Positions 19,034 through 29,047 are shown, numbered from the stretch's first letter. The stretch is DNA of 64,000 bases from an uncultured Acidimicrobiia bacterium (GCA_963786955.1 CAWBAT010000004.1:704001-768000), one strand, 5' to 3'. Numbers and translations: made by a program. Notes: a model not told the origin generated them from the letters alone.

Positions 19034-19690
19034 CTAGAGATTCATCGATTGATTCTGGGCGCTAGGTGGCGCAAGAATACCCTTCGACGCCGCCAACTCC
19101 TGCTCCCGGAGCACAGCCCGAACATTCAAGGCCCTCCCGAGCAGTAGACCAATGAGTGGATCGTGTCGTTGGCCGCAGGGAAAGGAAAGCTGATTCGAAC
19201 CCTGTTCTTCTATCCGCAATTCAGCAAGTTTAGTCAACCCTTGGGCGACAGCGGAAATCCGGAGGGGCTTCTCTTCATTGTCCGGGCCATCCGCCGTCAA
19301 CTCATAGCTGAACCCCGGACCCATGGTCACCCGGATCGTCCGATTTGATTTCTTGTCGAAGATTAACAACTCTTTGGGAACCAACAAACTTCCATTCGGT
19401 ATCTTGCAAACTTCCAGAAAGACCCGTCTACAAGCCTTCAGATGGTCCCCATGGCAAGGAAAACGAACCCGCCCCGAGCCATCCTGGAGAAACTCCATCC
19501 CTCCCAAAGTGACCATTCCCTCGCCGATAAACCGGATTCGGTCCATCGCTTCCGGGCGTTGACTATAAGTATGGACCAGAAATTCCGGCCCCCGACCATG
19601 GTCTTGTAGATAAAGCGCAATCGAGATGTTCAGGCAATGGGGGTCCATCGACACCAGCTCAATGCGCTTGCCAATATCGATCGTAAGCAT
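19034..19690 (-). CDS. Hypothetical protein with duplicated FPC-x3-H motif
   Basis: ATG 19690 after GAGGAGA; FPCHGDH and FPCGQRH; first gene of the operon. Confidence 0.75.
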   Translation of the reverse strand: MLTIDIGKRIELVSMDPHCLNISIALYLQDHGRGPEFLVHTYSQRPEAMDRIRFIGEGMVTLGGMEFLQDGSGRVRFPCHGDHLKACRRVFLEVCKIPNGSLLVPKELLIFDKKSNRTIRVTMGPGFSYELTADGPDNEEKPLRISAVAQGLTKLAELRIEEQGSNQLSFPCGQRHDPLIGLLLGRALNVRAVLREQELAASKGILAPPSAQNQSMNL

Positions 19691-19780
19691 CTTGATCCAA
19701 TCTCCTCGAAATGGGTTCCAGCCAACTTGCCCCAAATTTTCTTGACCGGCATCCGGTCATTCCGTTAACCTTGGAGTCAG

Positions 19781-19807
19781 TTCTCAGGTTGTCTGACAAC
19801 TTGAGAA
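19781..19807. promoter_or_regulatory. Palindromic FadR/GntR-type operator
   Basis: TTCTCAGGTTGTCTGACAACTTGAGAA, near-perfect 27-bp palindrome with core TTGTCNGACAA resembling FadR-subfamily boxes. Confidence 0.75.
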
Positions 19808-19832
19808 TACGATCAATTTTTTCCCTTGTAAA
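19804..19832 (-). promoter_or_regulatory. Sigma-70 promoter of the methyltransferase operon
   Basis: Minus strand TTTACA-17 nt-TATTCT; the -10 box overlaps the operator. Confidence 0.65.
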
Positions 19833-19851
19833 GCAAAATTCAGTAGTTTTT

Positions 19852-20019
19852 GTAATGCGTTAGTTACGGGGGGAAATCTGTAAGGGCAAGGCCTTCGGTG
19901 ACGATTTGAGATTGTCGCTTCTGTAGCGGCTGAGTGGCTAGGGACGGACCGCCGGGCCGTCCGCGGCGCGCTCGGCGAGCGCGCCCTACCAGAAATCCCC
20001 CCGATAACTAACGCATTAC
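19852..20019. mobile_element. MITE-like element enclosing a REP-like doublet
   Basis: Perfect 15-bp terminal inverted repeat GTAATGCGTTAGTTA/TAACTAACGCATTAC, extending imperfectly inward; internal GC palindromes ending in CCCTACC. Confidence 0.55.
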
Positions 20020-20240
20020 TAGTTTTTTTGCTTAAGAAGTCTGCCTTGGGGTCGGCCCAATGGGCAGAGAAATTGAGCACCCCTTCAGAGCCTAAGGGCA
20101 GAAACAATGTGTGATGGTATGGACGAAACTTGCAGGCCGCAACTTCGAAACCCGAGAGGCATCCAACGGGCTTCCCACAGCCGAGAATGTTGATGACGCG
20201 CGTCAGCTCAAAAAAATTGCCCAGCCATTCAATGCCGGCT

Positions 20241-20972
20241 ATGAAACCGATCATCCGGACATCTTTGAGTGATGAGATTGTCGAACGGATTATCGTTCTG
20301 ATCTCGGAGAGAGTGCTTAAACCCGGAGAACGTCTTCCTTCTGAGAAGGACTTGGCCAGCCAGTTTGGAGTGGGACGCACCACCGTTCGGGAGGCCCTGC
20401 GTTCTCTCGCAGTATTGGGAATTGTGGACGGGCGAGTCGGTGAAGGGACATTTGTTTCCAGCACAAACCGGCGTTACCTCGAAAAAGCGTTACAGTGGGG
20501 CTTGTTGATTGACCGGAAAGATGTCCAGGATTTGATTGAAACGCGCCTTCTCCTCGAATCACAGACCGCCTATTGGGCGGCTCACCGGGCAAATCAAGGC
20601 AATCTTAAGGAAATCGCAGAAGCCATTCAAGGAATGGTGCAATCGATTCATGACCCTGAAGGCTATTTGCGGTCTGATTTGAAGTTCCACATTTCCATTG
20701 CGCAATCCAGTCAGAACTCTATCCTTTATCACCTCGTCAGCATGACGCGCGGATATCTTCAAGCCTGGATCCAAAGAAGTCTCTCTCGCCCGACTCCTCG
20801 CAAAGCTCAGCAGCGGGCAGAGATTTCAATCCAAGAACATCGGAATATCTTTCAAGCCATTCGGTCCGGAGATGCTGAGGGAGCCCGTCAGGCCATGAGT
20901 GCGCATATCCTTTCGAGCAGCCAAGACCTACAGTCCTGGCTGGCCCGGAAAAAAATCCCGAAGGGAGGCTAG
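20241..20972 (+). CDS. FadR/GntR-family transcriptional regulator (wHTH-FCD)
   Basis: LKPGERLPSEKDLASQFGVGRTTVREAL, DLKFH, EHRNI; start at 20232 or 20241. Confidence 0.93.
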   Translation: MKPIIRTSLSDEIVERIIVLISERVLKPGERLPSEKDLASQFGVGRTTVREALRSLAVLGIVDGRVGEGTFVSSTNRRYLEKALQWGLLIDRKDVQDLIETRLLLESQTAYWAAHRANQGNLKEIAEAIQGMVQSIHDPEGYLRSDLKFHISIAQSSQNSILYHLVSMTRGYLQAWIQRSLSRPTPRKAQQRAEISIQEHRNIFQAIRSGDAEGARQAMSAHILSSSQDLQSWLARKKIPKGG

Positions 20973-20978
20973 AGACTC

Positions 20979-21833
20979 TTGAGACAGACGGCAAAGCTGC
21001 TGGTTTCCTGCAACGATCGGAAAGGACTGGTCGCTCACATTTCGGATTTCATCTATCGAAATGGCGGTAACATTCTGGACTTCGACCATCACACAGACCT
21101 CGAAGCCGGCGTATTCCTGGCCCGGATAGAATGGGAGCTCAAAGACTTCCAGATTCCAAGTACTCAAATCGCCGCAGCTTTTTCGAGCCTGGCCTCGGAT
21201 TTTCAAATTCGTTACCAGGTCTACCTTGGCGACCAGGTCCCTAAGATTGCCATCTTTGTCTCGAAACTGCCTCACTGCCTGGTTGACCTGCTTTTGCGAA
21301 ATCAGGCTGGAGAGTTCAAAGCGGACATCACATTGATTCTCAGTAATCATACTGATGTCGAGGAAATTGCGAGGTCATTCGGGATTCCGTTCATGCATTT
21401 CCCCATCACGCCACAGAACAAAGTGCAACAGGAAGAAGCCCAGATTCGAGAGATTCTCCACCGAGAAGTCGAGCTGATTGTTCTGGCGCGATATATGCAA
21501 ATTCTCAGTGAGCATTTTGTGTCAACTTTTCCGAACCGCATCATCAACATTCACCATTCTTTTTTGCCTGCCTTCATTGGAGCGGCCCCTTATCATCAAG
21601 CCTTTGCGCGAGGAGTCAAATTAATCGGAGCAACAGGCCATTACGTGACGACGGCGCTCGACAATGGCCCCATCATTGAACAGGAAACAGCCCGGGTGAG
21701 TCATCGGGACTCAGTTGAAGATTTGATCCGGAAAGGACGCGACCTGGAAAAATCAGTGCTGGCACGCGCCGTGCGTCTCCATTTATTGCGTAAAGTTCTG
21801 ACTTATGGGAATAGGACTGTTGTCTTCGACTGA
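20979..21833 (+). CDS. purU: Formyltetrahydrofolate deformylase
   Basis: N-terminal ACT domain, VSKLPHCL, LARYMQILS, INIHHSFLPAF.GA.PY, RGVKLIGAT. Confidence 0.96.
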   Translation: MRQTAKLLVSCNDRKGLVAHISDFIYRNGGNILDFDHHTDLEAGVFLARIEWELKDFQIPSTQIAAAFSSLASDFQIRYQVYLGDQVPKIAIFVSKLPHCLVDLLLRNQAGEFKADITLILSNHTDVEEIARSFGIPFMHFPITPQNKVQQEEAQIREILHREVELIVLARYMQILSEHFVSTFPNRIINIHHSFLPAFIGAAPYHQAFARGVKLIGATGHYVTTALDNGPIIEQETARVSHRDSVEDLIRKGRDLEKSVLARAVRLHLLRKVLTYGNRTVVFD

Positions 21834-21965
21834 TGGCATATCGCCTCTTCTGCCCTAAAGGTTAGCAAAGGACAGTTCTCCTTCATCCTCTGTAATCAGT
21901 CTCTCGTTATTGTGATAGCCTCCCGTAATCTTGCAAATTCAGCCAAATTATTTCGGAGGTTCTCG

Positions 21966-22762
21966 ATGAATAAACACCGATGGAGTTCTCTGCTTATAGG
22001 GTTTCTCTTTTCGTTATGGCAACACCTTTAATGTCCCAGGACCAACCCGCCGTCTATACAAGGGTCGCTTTCTGGAATATTGACCGGCAGTACTGGGAGG
22101 GCTATCAAAAAAACTTTGAAGAATATGACCAGCCCGTTTTTGAAAAACTCTTGGCTGATGGGGTGATTACTGAGTGGGGGGCGGACGCACAGGGTGTTCA
22201 CACAGCGGAAGGCGCCACGCATGCAAACTGGTTTTCGGCCAAGAGCATCGCCAACCTCGAGCGCGCTCTGGAGGAAGTCCAGAAAGGGATGTCGAAGATG
22301 TCTCCAGAAGTTCGGAAAAAATCTGAAACCGATTTTGCCGGTCCAAAGCACTATGACTTATTGTTCCATTCTGATTTCTATCGCTCTCGGCCAGCCAAGC
22401 TAGACAGTGGCTATGACATGACCAATATCATAAAGGTCAAACGTGGAAAAGCTGCGGAGTACAAGAAACTGTGGGAAAAATACACAAAGCCAATACTGGA
22501 TCAGCTCTTTAACGATGGCACCATCAAGACCTATGCGCTGTTTTCCGACTACATTCATACCGCCACCCCGGGAAATCAATACAGCTGGTATGTCGTGGCC
22601 GATGCGGCTGCTTTGGACAAAGTCGATGCGGCCTTTGACGCTGCCCGGAACAAGCGTACTCCCGAGGAGCGCGATGCGGTCATGCGGTCACTCGAAGAGA
22701 TTTCCGTCGAAGGATCTCATCGTGACGACATGTCCCGGATTTTACACTACAACTCGAAATAG
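21966..22762 (+). CDS. Secreted hypothetical protein with two tandem repeats; apparent frameshift in the signal peptide
   Basis: GGAGG SD precedes ATG 21966; adding one T in the T-run near 22010 gives MNKHRWSSLLIGFLFFVMATPLMSQDQ; repeats P..(E/D).L..DG.I...HTA. Confidence 0.65.
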
Positions 22763-23081
22763 AGTCTTCCCATCCGCCTGGAAACTGCAAGCGACCCATG
22801 GTTCACAAATCTGTTTTCCCTGGATGCCGGGGCTAAAGACCCCGGCCATTCAATCCAGTCACAATCCATTCCCTCTTCCCATTCCCTCTTCATCTTCCCG
22901 TCCTATCCGGATTGATGTCTTACCGGATGCTCTCTTCGTTTCAATCCTTTTGCAAGACGCCTTCGAAAAGGCGTCTTGCAAAATCGATCTCTCTATAAAT
23001 TTGAGCAGACCAACAAACTGCCTTTACCGCCTGACGAATATGCTTCACAACTACTGACAAAGAAAGGGAACGAGGCCTCTT

Positions 23082-24424
23082 CTACTTGTAACCTGCCGCC
23101 CCTAGCCCGGCTGCACGGCCTGTCACCCAGGCCCAGAGGAAATTGTATCCACCAATCGGGCCGAAGGCATCGAGCAGTTCTCCGCAGAGAAAAAGGCCCG
23201 GATACCTCCGGCTCTCCATAGTCCGGGGATTGATCTCCGACAAACTTACACCGCCTCCAGTGACCTCCGCTTTTTGGTAACCTTCATCCCCGCTCCAAGG
23301 GAGATTGCAGCGCACGAGGGCGTCCACCACACGCCGACGTTCTTCGCGTCTCAGTCTGGCAAGCCGGCAGGCTGATTCGACATTTGCTATTTTTAATAAC
23401 CCCTCCGCGAGCCGCTCCGGGAGCCGTGACGCACAACAGCACCAACCGTGCGTGCACCATCATTCCGAAGCAACAAATCCCATGCCCCGGAGTCGAGACT
23501 GGTCCAGCTTACCGACAGGCGCGCCGGAGGTCTGCCCTCAGTTAAAGAACGCACTGCCACATGGGAGACGTCCAGTACAGCCGGCCCACTGTAACCCCGG
23601 TGCGTAAAAAGAAAGCCACCGGTTGCAGTAGCCTTTCGCAACCCATCACTGGCCGTAATCCGCACCTGTAGTGACACACCTGCCAGGCCGCAGAACGGAG
23701 ACGACTTCGCCGTCAATGGTGTCAAAGCAGGATAAGTCGGATGAATAGTAAGTCCGAGCTTCTCTAGAATCGATAGTCCTCTTCCGTCACTGCCTGTCTT
23801 CGGGACGGAAAGCCCCCCAGTGGCTAAAACTACTGCATCCGCATCGAGCGGTGCTCCCCCTTCCCGTTCCACTCGCCAGGAACCCTGTTGGGGAGTGAGG
23901 CCTGTCATCCGACTATGAGGCATAAACTTCACACCCTTCCTGGCTCCCAGCATGAGAAGACCATCACGAACGTCTCGCGCGCATTGTGAGGCAGGAAATA
24001 ATTTTCCAGACTCCTCTTCTTCTTCCAGAGGAAGTCCAAGCTCTCGTTCAAAAAATATGATTTGCTCATGGAGCGCCCACGAGCGAATCATTTTCCGCAG
24101 CGTGTTGGGCGAAGAATCGGTAACGAACCGTGATTCATCGAGCCGTGCCGGAAGGATATTGCAGCGCCCCCCTCCGCTGATCAGTACCTTGCGCCCACCC
24201 TCATGTGTGCTCTCAAGCAACAGCGTTTCTGCCCCTGTTGCTGCAGCAAAAATCGCGGCCATTGAACCAGCCGCCCCTGCCCCAATCACCAATACCCGCC
24301 GCCGTTTGCCTTTAGAAGAGCTGGAATAGAATTGGGGTGTCACTGCGATGCTATTCTCCATATTCTGAAGAGCGCGGGGCGGGATGTGCCAGTCAACCCT
24401 CCCGAACATAGCGGTTCCACCCAT
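23082..24424 (-). pseudogene. HI0933/BaiN-family flavoprotein split by a frameshift near 23425 (pseudogene or sequencing error)
   Basis: GAGAAG, GRKVLISGGGRCN, ATGGLS.P in one frame; LPERLAEGLL...AEVTGGGV...GELLD..GPIGGYN in another. Confidence 0.8.
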
Positions 24425-24472
24425 TCCCCCAGACGGTGTGAAAGAATTGATGAGCGGGCTTATTGAGGGTTT

Positions 24473-24534
24473 GTAGTGACGACTTTAGTCGTTTCTTTTC
24501 AACCTGACTCTGGCACGACTGAAGTCGTTACTAT
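24473..24534. repeat. REP-like inverted doublet (GTAG type)
   Basis: GTAGTGACGACTTTAGTCGT ... ACGACTGAAGTCGTTACTAT. Confidence 0.7.
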
Positions 24535-24574
24535 GATCGTTTCACACCTTCCCATCCAGCAGGGGATGAATGCG

Positions 24575-26221
24575 CTACTGAGACGGCAGAAAGTTATCGA
24601 GTACTTTGATTTCATCGTTAGAGATTTCCTTATCGAGTTGGTAGGGGACTTTGGCCTGGCGAAGATCATTACCAAAGAGAACAATGTCGCGAGTTCCTTT
24701 TCCCAGGACTTTTAGAAAAACAGCCGTTCCCTGTGGGGCCCGCGAGTTTCGGACCATAGCGTCCGTGACCTTATCAAGAACCACAGCGGGCAGGTCCTTG
24801 CCTAACCCGGCTTGTCGTCCGGTGAACCCATCGAGTTGGAGGCCATTGACATCTTCGAAGTAGAGCGCACTCTCCCATTGTTTCAGGGCTGGTTCTTCCC
24901 AGACCACTTCGAGGTCCTTGACTTTGAGATTCTTCAACCATCGGTATTTCATGGCGTGCACGGCCGAATCATAAGGCGCGTCAGGATCGGTGGTAAGGAA
25001 TAGCTTGATATTTTCGAGCCGGAGGCCGTCGAGCCAGCTGTCCGGATGTCCATTAATGATGGAAGTCCCCTTACCGCGGGCAATCACATTCTGGATCAGC
25101 ACATTTCGAATCGAACCTGCCGGCGGTTCATCCGCCTTGGGAGTTTGTCCCATCCATTCGCTTTTTCGTGTAATTCTGAAATAGAAGGGCTGCGCATCAC
25201 CCGCCCAAAACCAATCGAAACGATTGCATTCGATAACGAGATTGGAGAGCACTACGTCGGTCACATAGCCACCCTCCGTGACGGAAAACACAAACCCGCG
25301 GTTGACATTGGTCATGACCGTATTGTCCACCACAATGTTCCGGACCCCCACCCAATTCCCTTCGCTGAACTTGATGCCTGCGGAGGCCGATGAAAGTCGG
25401 CAATTCGTCACGGTTATATTTTCGCAGGGCAGTGCAGGCCCCCAGACGTTGGACGAAATGAAGATAATGCAATCATCACCCGTCTCAATCGTGCTATTTG
25501 AGATGTGGACGTCTTTACATCCGTCGAGATCGATGCCATCCGCCCAAACGGCTTCCTTCAAGCTTGTATAGATATAAACACCGTCGACGACCATCCGCTC
25601 AGTGGCATAAGAAGAAATTGTCCAACTGGGCGAATGAAGTAACGACAGCCCCGTGATACGCACGTCTTTGCACCTTTTCAACCACACCAAAAAAGGATAG
25701 AGGGAGCGTTGAGGAAAGCCCTTTGGAAATGTCCTCATGATCGGCTTCCCCGTAGCCAGCATCGAGCGCTTGTGGCCGTAACCATGCTCATGGTCATCTT
25801 CCCGCCACTCATACTCAGCTTGGCCGTCAACCGTCCCTCGCCCCTCAATCGTGATGTTTTCCACCCCTTCGCCATACAGCAACCCGGAGTGGTTTGGCTC
25901 TTTCCGGTCAAAATCTTTCACGTCTTTTGATCCAAACAGCGTTGCTCCTGCTTCAATATAGATGCTCACGTGGCTACGGAGGTAAATAGTACCGGAGGTG
26001 TACTCCCCAGGGGGAAGATACACCGTCCCTCCACCCGCTGCGGCGCAGGTTTCAATGGCTTTCTGAATGGCCGGGCGGGCGTTGTCTGACTTTACCCCCG
26101 TTGCCCCGTAATCTCTGACGTTAAAGATTGCCTTGTCGGATGCATAAAGATTAGAGCTGGCGGAGAGCATCATGAAAATGACAATTGCTGGTAATAATTT
26201 CACTAAATTTGATTGGTTCAT
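24575..26221 (-). CDS. Secreted glycoside hydrolase family 28-like beta-helix protein
   Basis: Signal peptide, FNVRDYGA, GGGTVYLPPG, ADGID and TGDDCI motifs. Confidence 0.85.
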   Translation of the reverse strand: MNQSNLVKLLPAIVIFMMLSASSNLYASDKAIFNVRDYGATGVKSDNARPAIQKAIETCAAAGGGTVYLPPGEYTSGTIYLRSHVSIYIEAGATLFGSKDVKDFDRKEPNHSGLLYGEGVENITIEGRGTVDGQAEYEWREDDHEHGYGHKRSMLATGKPIMRTFPKGFPQRSLYPFLVWLKRCKDVRITGLSLLHSPSWTISSYATERMVVDGVYIYTSLKEAVWADGIDLDGCKDVHISNSTIETGDDCIIFISSNVWGPALPCENITVTNCRLSSASAGIKFSEGNWVGVRNIVVDNTVMTNVNRGFVFSVTEGGYVTDVVLSNLVIECNRFDWFWAGDAQPFYFRITRKSEWMGQTPKADEPPAGSIRNVLIQNVIARGKGTSIINGHPDSWLDGLRLENIKLFLTTDPDAPYDSAVHAMKYRWLKNLKVKDLEVVWEEPALKQWESALYFEDVNGLQLDGFTGRQAGLGKDLPAVVLDKVTDAMVRNSRAPQGTAVFLKVLGKGTRDIVLFGNDLRQAKVPYQLDKEISNDEIKVLDNFLPSQ

Positions 26222-26669
26222 AAGGGTCCTCCTAGCATTTCGTAGATAGATTTAGCGGGGTTGCCAGAATGCTCCCGAAATAATTCCGCAGGCATTCAAG
26301 CGGGGCATCGCCATGTCACTGTTATTTACATGTTCCGTTATCACGGGCAGCTAAGGCTCAGCGCACCACGAAAGCTTGGGAAGAGCTCAAGAAAAGCAAG
26401 TAGACTTCCCCTTGGCAGCTTTTGGGAATTCTCCGGATCGGAAACAAGCGAAAGCAGGCCCCCCTATGTCATTCCAAGTATGTGGGTTTCAATGCTTATC
26501 AGTCAAATCTAGTTGGCGCAATTGGACATTCCAATTAACTCTCCGCGAATATCTGTACGATGAATTGGATAGGACCATTTTTTTGCCGAGTCAACAACCC
26601 ACCGTGACCCAGTTAGTCGAATAATCAGTACGGAATAGAAACAGTTTCTGCATGTTAATCTATTAAAGC

Positions 26670-27731
26670 ATGAAAACTTTTTGGCGCATTAAACAAAGCC
26701 TTCCCGGTGTCGTGGGCATTTTGATTCTCATGGAATTCTATATGGGGATGGCTCCAAGAATTGCGAAGGGGGCCGAACAAGAGCCGGAACCATCACCCTT
26801 TTCCATTAAAGTGAATGTCGATCTTGTCATTTTGAACCTTACCGTCATGGATGAGAAGGAGGAAGTCGTCACTTCGTTGAGACGAGACGATTTCATCATT
26901 TACGAGGATGATGTGAAGCAAGACGTCGCCGATTTTCTGCCCGTCGAAATACCATTTAAGCTGGTATTGGTCATCGATACCAGCATCAGTACTCGCTCCA
27001 GTATCCGACTGATCAAAAAAGCCGCCATTCATTTTACCGAGCAATTGCGTCCCGCCGACCGAATTGCCGTCATCGAAATCAGCTCCTCAGTAAAATTAGC
27101 GCAGGATTTTACCAGTGATCGAAGAAGGTTACAGCGGTCTATCGACGATATCACTTCTTCTTCTTCTGGAGGCTCCAAAATCTACGATGGCTTAGCTCAA
27201 GCAATCCATTCTCTGCGGCAAGGGGAAGCGGGCCGTCACGCGGTCATTCTACTCAGTGACGACATGGAGAATTCCAGCCGAATGGGCTTTCCTGAACTTC
27301 GTCGCTTACTAGCTCAATCCGACGCCGTGTTTTATCCCGTCACCATTGTGAACAGACAAAACGAGAGAGACATGTTGGAAGATTTCATCAAAAACGCAGA
27401 CCAGAACAATCCGGATGAGGTTTCCACTGTTGAAAATGCCAAATTCAGCCTTTCATTTTTGGAAGAAGTCTATCAGATCCAAACGGAGCGATTACAGTCT
27501 CTAACAGAAGAGTCAGGAGGGCGGAGATTTCTGGTTAGTGATCTGGGAGACCTGGCAGAGGAGTACGCCAAAGTTGCCCACGAATTGCGCAATACGATGA
27601 GTTTGGCCTATTACTCAAAGAATCGAACGCCAGATGACAATATTCGCAAGATCCGAGTTGAAGTAAAGAAACCTGGTTACCGTGTACGCTGCAGAACCAG
27701 TTACTCTCTTCCCGAAGACTCGGTAAATTGA
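26670..27731 (+). CDS. VWA domain protein (Acidobacterial type)
   Basis: IKVNVDLV, DTSIS MIDAS motif, LLSDD, C-terminal RKIRVEV. Confidence 0.85.
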   Translation: MKTFWRIKQSLPGVVGILILMEFYMGMAPRIAKGAEQEPEPSPFSIKVNVDLVILNLTVMDEKEEVVTSLRRDDFIIYEDDVKQDVADFLPVEIPFKLVLVIDTSISTRSSIRLIKKAAIHFTEQLRPADRIAVIEISSSVKLAQDFTSDRRRLQRSIDDITSSSSGGSKIYDGLAQAIHSLRQGEAGRHAVILLSDDMENSSRMGFPELRRLLAQSDAVFYPVTIVNRQNERDMLEDFIKNADQNNPDEVSTVENAKFSLSFLEEVYQIQTERLQSLTEESGGRRFLVSDLGDLAEEYAKVAHELRNTMSLAYYSKNRTPDDNIRKIRVEVKKPGYRVRCRTSYSLPEDSVN

Positions 27732-27871
27732 TCTCATAAGGCAGGTGGGGACGCCTGCACGACGCGATTGTGGTGCGGGCCTCTGGCCTGCACAAGTGTC
27801 CAGACTTGAGTGAAGGCGCGGGGCGGAGCGAGCGTTACAGGTGGGACAAAGATGGGCTTTAGTTCCCTGTT

Positions 27872-29047
27872 TTAGGCACCGAACACCACTTGCTCGATGC
27901 GAGTATCGGTGTGGAGACGTTCTTTTCGGCCGTTCAGATCCAGTTGGTAAATCGCGCTGCCGTTAGAATAAATTAAAGTGCCATCCACAGCCAAATCATA
28001 CGATAAAACTCCTTTGGCAAGGATTTGTGATGCTCTTCCCTTCTGCTGACGAATGAGTTGCCAAGACTGCGGCACCAGAGCGGGCACGTCGTCGGTCTGG
28101 GTTTCACGTGACACCTTTTCGGCATCCAGCTGGTTTCCGAGAATCAACATCTGCTTCAGATCGATCTCTTTCCCCCTAGTTCCCCCTGCGGTCGTCAAAG
28201 GTTTACCAGTATAACGCACAGTAAAAAAATTAAGCCACTGGAAGAGAGCATGCAGGACATTCAGGGGAAGCATCACTAAATCCAAGACAGCCCGAAAGGG
28301 GTTAAAGCGGCTATAAGGTTTTTCATAAGGACGACGGATGGCGTAAATTGTCCCATGCGCATCCAGTCGAGGCCCCATGAAGTCAAACTTGGGGTCTTCC
28401 AGCAGACAGGACATTTCTCCGCTATCGAGATCGAGATGTTGAATGAGGTAGGGGCCACGCATCATCAAACGTCCTTGGCTATCTCGCCCCATGCCGGCCG
28501 ACTGAAATACGAGCATCCGCGACGCTCCGGGGACCCAATAGGGTGCAAGATCGGATGATTCCCCTTCCGTAATCTCGGTCAGATCCGATCCGTCGGCACG
28601 CATCGTTGCCAAATTGGCAATCCCCTGTGTGTGAAGGATGGAGCAAGCCACCAAATCCTGTTCACGGCTGGCACAGGGATTGCCCACCCGGCAATCGGAA
28701 CTATGGAATAAGCGCTGCTCACCATGACCTGAACCCTTAAGAGCAAAGATTCCGGAGATCTCATCCGTTTCCAGTGTATAAAGCAACTTGCCGGACTCGC
28801 GCCCTCGAGATAAACCAGTGATGGCGATTCGCAGCTGGGCCTGGTCCTGATCCTGGACGCCCCAGAGCATTCCTCCGGACATAAATTGCGCCCCACTGCC
28901 TTGGGTTTTCCAGACATAGCGCTGCCGCAACCGGATGGCCCGTTCATGGACATCCTTTCCAAATCCGCTTTCCACAGCCCTTATTGGAGCGTCACCCGTT
29001 TTGAAATAAATCTTGCTCTGGGACAAATAGGCAAAACTGGCCGTCAT
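27872..29047 (-). CDS. Hypothetical protein with TolB-like beta-propeller features
   Basis: 391-aa ORF; ADGSDLTEITEG.SSDLAPYW repeat-like segment. Confidence 0.6.
   Translation of the reverse strand: MTASFAYLSQSKIYFKTGDAPIRAVESGFGKDVHERAIRLRQRYVWKTQGSGAQFMSGGMLWGVQDQDQAQLRIAITGLSRGRESGKLLYTLETDEISGIFALKGSGHGEQRLFHSSDCRVGNPCASREQDLVACSILHTQGIANLATMRADGSDLTEITEGESSDLAPYWVPGASRMLVFQSAGMGRDSQGRLMMRGPYLIQHLDLDSGEMSCLLEDPKFDFMGPRLDAHGTIYAIRRPYEKPYSRFNPFRAVLDLVMLPLNVLHALFQWLNFFTVRYTGKPLTTAGGTRGKEIDLKQMLILGNQLDAEKVSRETQTDDVPALVPQSWQLIRQQKGRASQILAKGVLSYDLAVDGTLIYSNGSAIYQLDLNGRKERLHTDTRIEQVVFGA

Noticed and set aside
11909-19690. Wood-Ljungdahl (acs) operon
   Set aside because: No CODH, acetyl-CoA synthase or CFeSP subunits; the corrinoid protein is the DxHxxG type.
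19784-20464. 226-aa minus-strand ORF
   Set aside because: Antisense to gntR and runs across the MITE, promoter and operator; not protein-like.
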